Shown here: positions 61,101 to 64,000 of the stretch, in pieces
Position numbering within the stretch: position 1 is the first letter of the stretch
How the letters are laid out: the number at the start of each line of letters is the position of its first letter
Assembly: GCA_048939995.1 (NCBI GenBank)
Contig: JBHLOY010000010.1
Span: 64,001-128,000, forward strand
Direction: 5' to 3'
Source: Promethearchaeota archaeon
Lineage (GTDB): Archaea > Asgardarchaeota > Lokiarchaeia > Sigyniarchaeales > SOKP01
Length of the DNA stretch: 64,000 bases
The notes under the pieces: generated by a model
The model's database searches: none
The model's input: the letters and a program-made list of their open reading frames with translations, nothing else
Told to the model about the DNA's origin: nothing
Position numbers and translations under genes: made by a program

Positions 61101-61748
61101 CCATTAATTTCTATAGGGGGATATGTAGATTTGATACTTATGAGAGATAAAGATCTAAAAAGTGAAATAAAGGAGGATCTAAAAAGAGTTTTAATCAATG
61201 TTCAGAGACTTGAAGATTATATTAATAGATTAATGGATGTAATGAAAATTGATGCTAAGAAAATGGAATTAGACTTTGGGGAATATAATGTACTTCAGAT
61301 CATAGAAAATACACTCTCAGAATTAAGTTTTCAAATTAATCAAAAAAGTTTGAGAATGAAAGTAGAAGTTGATAAAGAGTTTAAGATGACACTTGATTCT
61401 TCTAGGATTTATCAGGTTTTTTCCAATCTTATTTCAAATGCAATAAAGTTTTCTAATCAAGGAAGTACAGTTGAAATCTCTGCTAAAATTAAGGATAAAA
61501 ATTGTTTATTTTCAATAAAGGATTATGGAAAGGGTTTAAGCGATAATCAATTAAAGAAGTTATTTGGCAAATTTGTAACCATTGGAGTAAGTTCAGATAA
61601 TTTTTCAACTTTTGAGAAAGGAAGTGGATTAGGATTATATATCGCTCGAGGGATCATTGAGGCTCATGGAGGAAAGATATGGGTAAAGTCAGAAGGATTA
61701 AATAAAGGCGCTGAATTTAAATTCACAATACCAATTAGAAGTTATTAA
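58167..61748 (+). CDS. Cytoplasmic multi-PAS (7) sensor histidine kinase
   Basis: Seven DIT/DIS/NIT-ending PAS-PAC units; H-box AHELKTP, N-box NLISNAIKF, DYGKG, GSGLGL. Confidence 0.95.
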   Translation: MTISNENYNLIDIISNNIDDLLYILNSYFECEYVNEKVHLNTIGYSCMSKNFTEYVYLGDNKKAIEFLRKTLRSGQALEEFRILSENAYKYFEVQGKRFFDKNYNAKIFLILKDISKLKELEDQWMKRTEKLKEMTQSLPELRFWKLLQTRGSKTAIQEAHQMLDLVIDSIPQYIFWKDIHLNYLGCNKNYAQVNELKDSNFIIGKRDEDLPWPKNNLSHIQEKEKNVIEVNQIEHSVELLILPSGNKGWFEVNRIPLHDLDNKIIGILSSYNNITDRITAEQKLSQSELKYRSILENIKEGYFEVDLKGNFTFINNSFCEIYGYNEDEILGRNYRRFADEKNRVKAYESFNQVYNTGIGQKYLRFEFMKKNGEIIFLETSAYLRYDSDGRKIGFYGMVHDITDKYHLEQELKQSEQKYRLISENAYDFICIINQELKFEYANEQPIFNILGYKIEEVIGSSVLSIVKPEDKKLAHNALIQGFKAGGGTLELKIKHKSGNWIWIEAKGKTFIDLDGEIKGIIIGRDITVKKMAEEKLKKSEKRFRHLFESSPFTIWLLNSNGIVIDCNPTMNKLLSKYTKEDIIGKHFTEVLSMFERPEYFIPYFKKRFDAFIKDEKVEPLEFQMTRGDGKSLWLTLQSSKIILGDETLIQVIIQDITEKKKAEDDLKKLNKELEEIILERTKELRESEEKFRTIAEQTSLGITIIQEGYVKYTNQALSDIIGYSNDEIKNWSRNEFIKNIHPEDLPFVLEQLQRKLGGENTLLSHHTVRIFTKSEEMKWVELHSKAIKYQGKIADFITFIDITDKKIAEQKLIESEEKYRHLFENSPYGVVLIDFNGTIIDINTTTPKLYGYTKADLLGKNYLDLKEIYPLETKSALRNITSLLNKGDFILPKMKPQLIKIYKKDGTTAWVESELSSIKLGDQIFIQIIIQDITDKKIAEQKLIESEKRLREQNIELRELDKLKTDFISIAAHELKTPLISIGGYVDLILMRDKDLKSEIKEDLKRVLINVQRLEDYINRLMDVMKIDAKKMELDFGEYNVLQIIENTLSELSFQINQKSLRMKVEVDKEFKMTLDSSRIYQVFSNLISNAIKFSNQGSTVEISAKIKDKNCLFSIKDYGKGLSDNQLKKLFGKFVTIGVSSDNFSTFEKGSGLGLYIARGIIEAHGGKIWVKSEGLNKGAEFKFTIPIRSY

Positions 61749-61882
61749 AAAAATTAATTAATGTTTACCTATTTCATCTTAAGTAAAATTTATTTAAAAT
61801 CGATATAATTTTTCTTTAAAAGAAATTAGAGTTAATACCCTCTGATTATACTTAAATCGAAGCTTTATTATTTTAAGATTCA

Positions 61883-64000
61883 ATGTCTACAATAATAGTT
61901 TCTGAAAAAAATAAGGCCGCTAAAGCAATTGCTGAGGCTTTAGGGACAGTTAAAACCATAGCTATATCAACAAAGATCAAAATTTATTATGTTCCGGCAA
62001 AAAATTTATATGTTATTCCTCTTAGGGGACATATACTTGAATATAGGAATTCCCCCGCGTTTAAAAGTTGGACAAAAACTAATCCTCGTGAGATTATAAC
62101 TAATCCTACTGCAATTGAGAAAGTGCCAATAAGTTATTCAAAACCTTATATTAAATTGTTAAAAGAATATTCTCAAAAGTCAAATTATTGCATAATTGGG
62201 ACTGATGCAGATATAGAAGGGTGCAACATTGGACTTTTTGATGCCCTCCCTTTTATACTGAACGCAAAACCTAATATTAAAGTATCTCAATTATGGTTAA
62301 GTTCATTAGAAAAAAGTGAAATTATACAGAAATTTCATAATCTTATTAATCCAAAGTATAATTGGGGAGAATCAGGAGAAGCTCGTGCTATAATTGATGC
62401 CTTTATAGGGTTTTCAGCTACTAGGGAGATAACCAATACTCTTAGCTCTTTATTAAGTAAGTTTAGGGTAAAATTTACATCAATTGGAAGAGTTCAAACC
62501 TCTCTTCTCTACTTAATTTATTTAAGAGAACAAGAAATAGAAAAATTTGTACCTGAACCTTATTTCACAATTGAAGCAGTTCTACAACATAAACATGGAA
62601 ATTTTAAAGCATACCATTTATTGAATCCTTTTAAAAAACAGGACGAGACAAAAGCTAAAAGTATTTATGCCAAAATCAAAAATGAGAAAATTGCTATGAT
62701 TATAGACCTCGCCAAGGAATTAATTAAAAGATTTCCTCCTACTCCATTAAATACTTCGAAAGCTTTGATTCTTTTAACCAAAAATTTGAAAATATCTGCT
62801 CATACGGCAATGAACACAATGAATTCATTATATCTCAATAAAATAATCTCTTATCCTAGAACTGAAAGTGATATATATAAGAAAGATTTTGATCATAAGG
62901 TGAAATTGAATCAATTTAAAAACCACACTAAATATGGTAATTATACCTCTAAATTAATAAAATATAATAAATTAATACCAACAAGTGGCAAAATCGATGC
63001 TGGAGATCATCCTCCTATTACTCCAATAATAGGTTTGGAATTAGAAGATAAGAAATTTGAGAATAATCTTCAAAAAAAAGTATATGATTTACTCGCACGA
63101 CATTACCTTGCTTTATTTGGTGATTATGCTACTGAATCAAAACAAACTTTAAACTTATTAATCAAAGATGAGCGATTCACTGCTCAAGTAGTCACATTAA
63201 TTTCAGAGGGTTTTTTGGAGATTGCACCCTTCCTCCGACCTAAATATGATACTGAAATTCAAATTGTTGGTGATCAAATTCCTATCGAGAAGATATTATT
63301 TAATGAAAAAGAAACTAAACCACCACCTAGATATACGGATACTACTCTTCTAAAATTGATGGAAAAAAACCATCTTGGTACAAAATCAACCAGGCCCATA
63401 ATAATTAGATTACTCCAAACTAGAAAATTGACTCAGAGAGTCAAATACAACTATATCATAACCGCTTTAGGAACTTTTATTATAGAAAATTTAATTAAAA
63501 TATGGCTTCCCTTTTTAGAACCTAGTTTTACTAAGAATGTTGAATTAAAACTTGAAGAGATCAAATTAGGAAAAAAAAAAATGCATAACGTAATCCAGGA
63601 AGTTAAGGATGAATTTTTAAATTTATTTGATAAATTGCTTGCTAATAAGAAAAACATAATAGCTAATATTGATAGTTTTAAGAAAAAATTAGATCTTCAA
63701 ACTCCTAAACCAATTCCTGTAATGACTAAATCCTTCTGTCCCTATTGCTACAGTTCTCCCATGAAATTTATAAACCTACCAAAAAAGAGATTTCTTGTAT
63801 GTTCAGGTGAAAGTTGTAAGAAATTCCTCTCTCTCCCTAAAAAGGGTAAACTAGAGTTGTTAGCTACAAAGTGTTCTTTATGTGGATTCAATATTTTTAA
63901 AATTTCTACTTATAAAAATAATAGACTTTTTACATATTGGCTTTGTCCAAAGTGTTGGAATGAAGGTTTAAATGAAAAGACTGGTCAAGGTTTTTGCTCT
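61883..64000 (+). CDS. topA: Type IA DNA topoisomerase with C-terminal Zn ribbons; runs off the window
   Basis: Not in ORF track. MSTIIVSEKNKAAKAIA, GH, TDADIEG, SIGRVQT, ISYPRT (catalytic Tyr), HPPITP, LGTKSTR. Confidence 0.93.
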   Translation, partial: MSTIIVSEKNKAAKAIAEALGTVKTIAISTKIKIYYVPAKNLYVIPLRGHILEYRNSPAFKSWTKTNPREIITNPTAIEKVPISYSKPYIKLLKEYSQKSNYCIIGTDADIEGCNIGLFDALPFILNAKPNIKVSQLWLSSLEKSEIIQKFHNLINPKYNWGESGEARAIIDAFIGFSATREITNTLSSLLSKFRVKFTSIGRVQTSLLYLIYLREQEIEKFVPEPYFTIEAVLQHKHGNFKAYHLLNPFKKQDETKAKSIYAKIKNEKIAMIIDLAKELIKRFPPTPLNTSKALILLTKNLKISAHTAMNTMNSLYLNKIISYPRTESDIYKKDFDHKVKLNQFKNHTKYGNYTSKLIKYNKLIPTSGKIDAGDHPPITPIIGLELEDKKFENNLQKKVYDLLARHYLALFGDYATESKQTLNLLIKDERFTAQVVTLISEGFLEIAPFLRPKYDTEIQIVGDQIPIEKILFNEKETKPPPRYTDTTLLKLMEKNHLGTKSTRPIIIRLLQTRKLTQRVKYNYIITALGTFIIENLIKIWLPFLEPSFTKNVELKLEEIKLGKKKMHNVIQEVKDEFLNLFDKLLANKKNIIANIDSFKKKLDLQTPKPIPVMTKSFCPYCYSSPMKFINLPKKRFLVCSGESCKKFLSLPKKGKLELLATKCSLCGFNIFKISTYKNNRLFTYWLCPKCWNEGLNEKTGQGFCS

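Noticed and set aside
2651-63657. Antisense or nested ORFs in the track (2651, 5167, 16829, 17603, 18450, 21539, 21718, 22185, 26958, 28068, 28890, 33726, 34158, 34856, 43910, 44594, 47041, 48891, 50362, 51192, 51910, 55410, 56133, 56504, 59606, 63451)
   Set aside because: They overlap well-supported genes on the other strand and have shadow-like composition.
1-64000. tRNA, rRNA, CRISPR arrays, transposases/integrases, and further BHB introns
   Set aside because: None seen by eye. purD, gpmA, topA and the M32 peptidase read continuously. In-frame micro-introns in unknown genes cannot be excluded without a computational BHB scan.

Overview
AT-rich archaeal chromosome segment, most likely Asgard/Lokiarchaeia. 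This is inferred from two Roadblock/LC7 genes, a longin-small GTPase fusion, RING proteins, HEAT proteins, a TFB-like cyclin-repeat protein, orphan family-5 solute-binding proteins and a 7-PAS kinase. Content is mostly housekeeping and metabolic genes (metG, purD, gpmA, trmJ, type IA topoisomerase, M20/M32 peptidases, crotonases, acyl-CoA dehydrogenase). I saw no rRNA, tRNA, CRISPR array or transposase. Main result: the methionyl-tRNA synthetase gene is split just before its HIGH motif by a 32-nt insertion (18172-18203) that folds with its flanks into a canonical bulge-helix-bulge (BHB) motif. Cutting after the second nucleotide of each bulge, the archaeal tRNA-splicing endonuclease rule, restores the frame and the motif WPYVNAIPHLGN. 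The convergent next gene (20194-21438) is a divergent RtcB-family RNA ligase. Together they suggest tRNA-type mRNA splicing of an essential gene in an Asgard archaeon, mechanistically reminiscent of XBP1/HAC1 splicing. Directly upstream is a vWA-RING protein resembling TFIIH p44/Ssl1. All family calls are by eye from motifs; no searches or folding programs were run.
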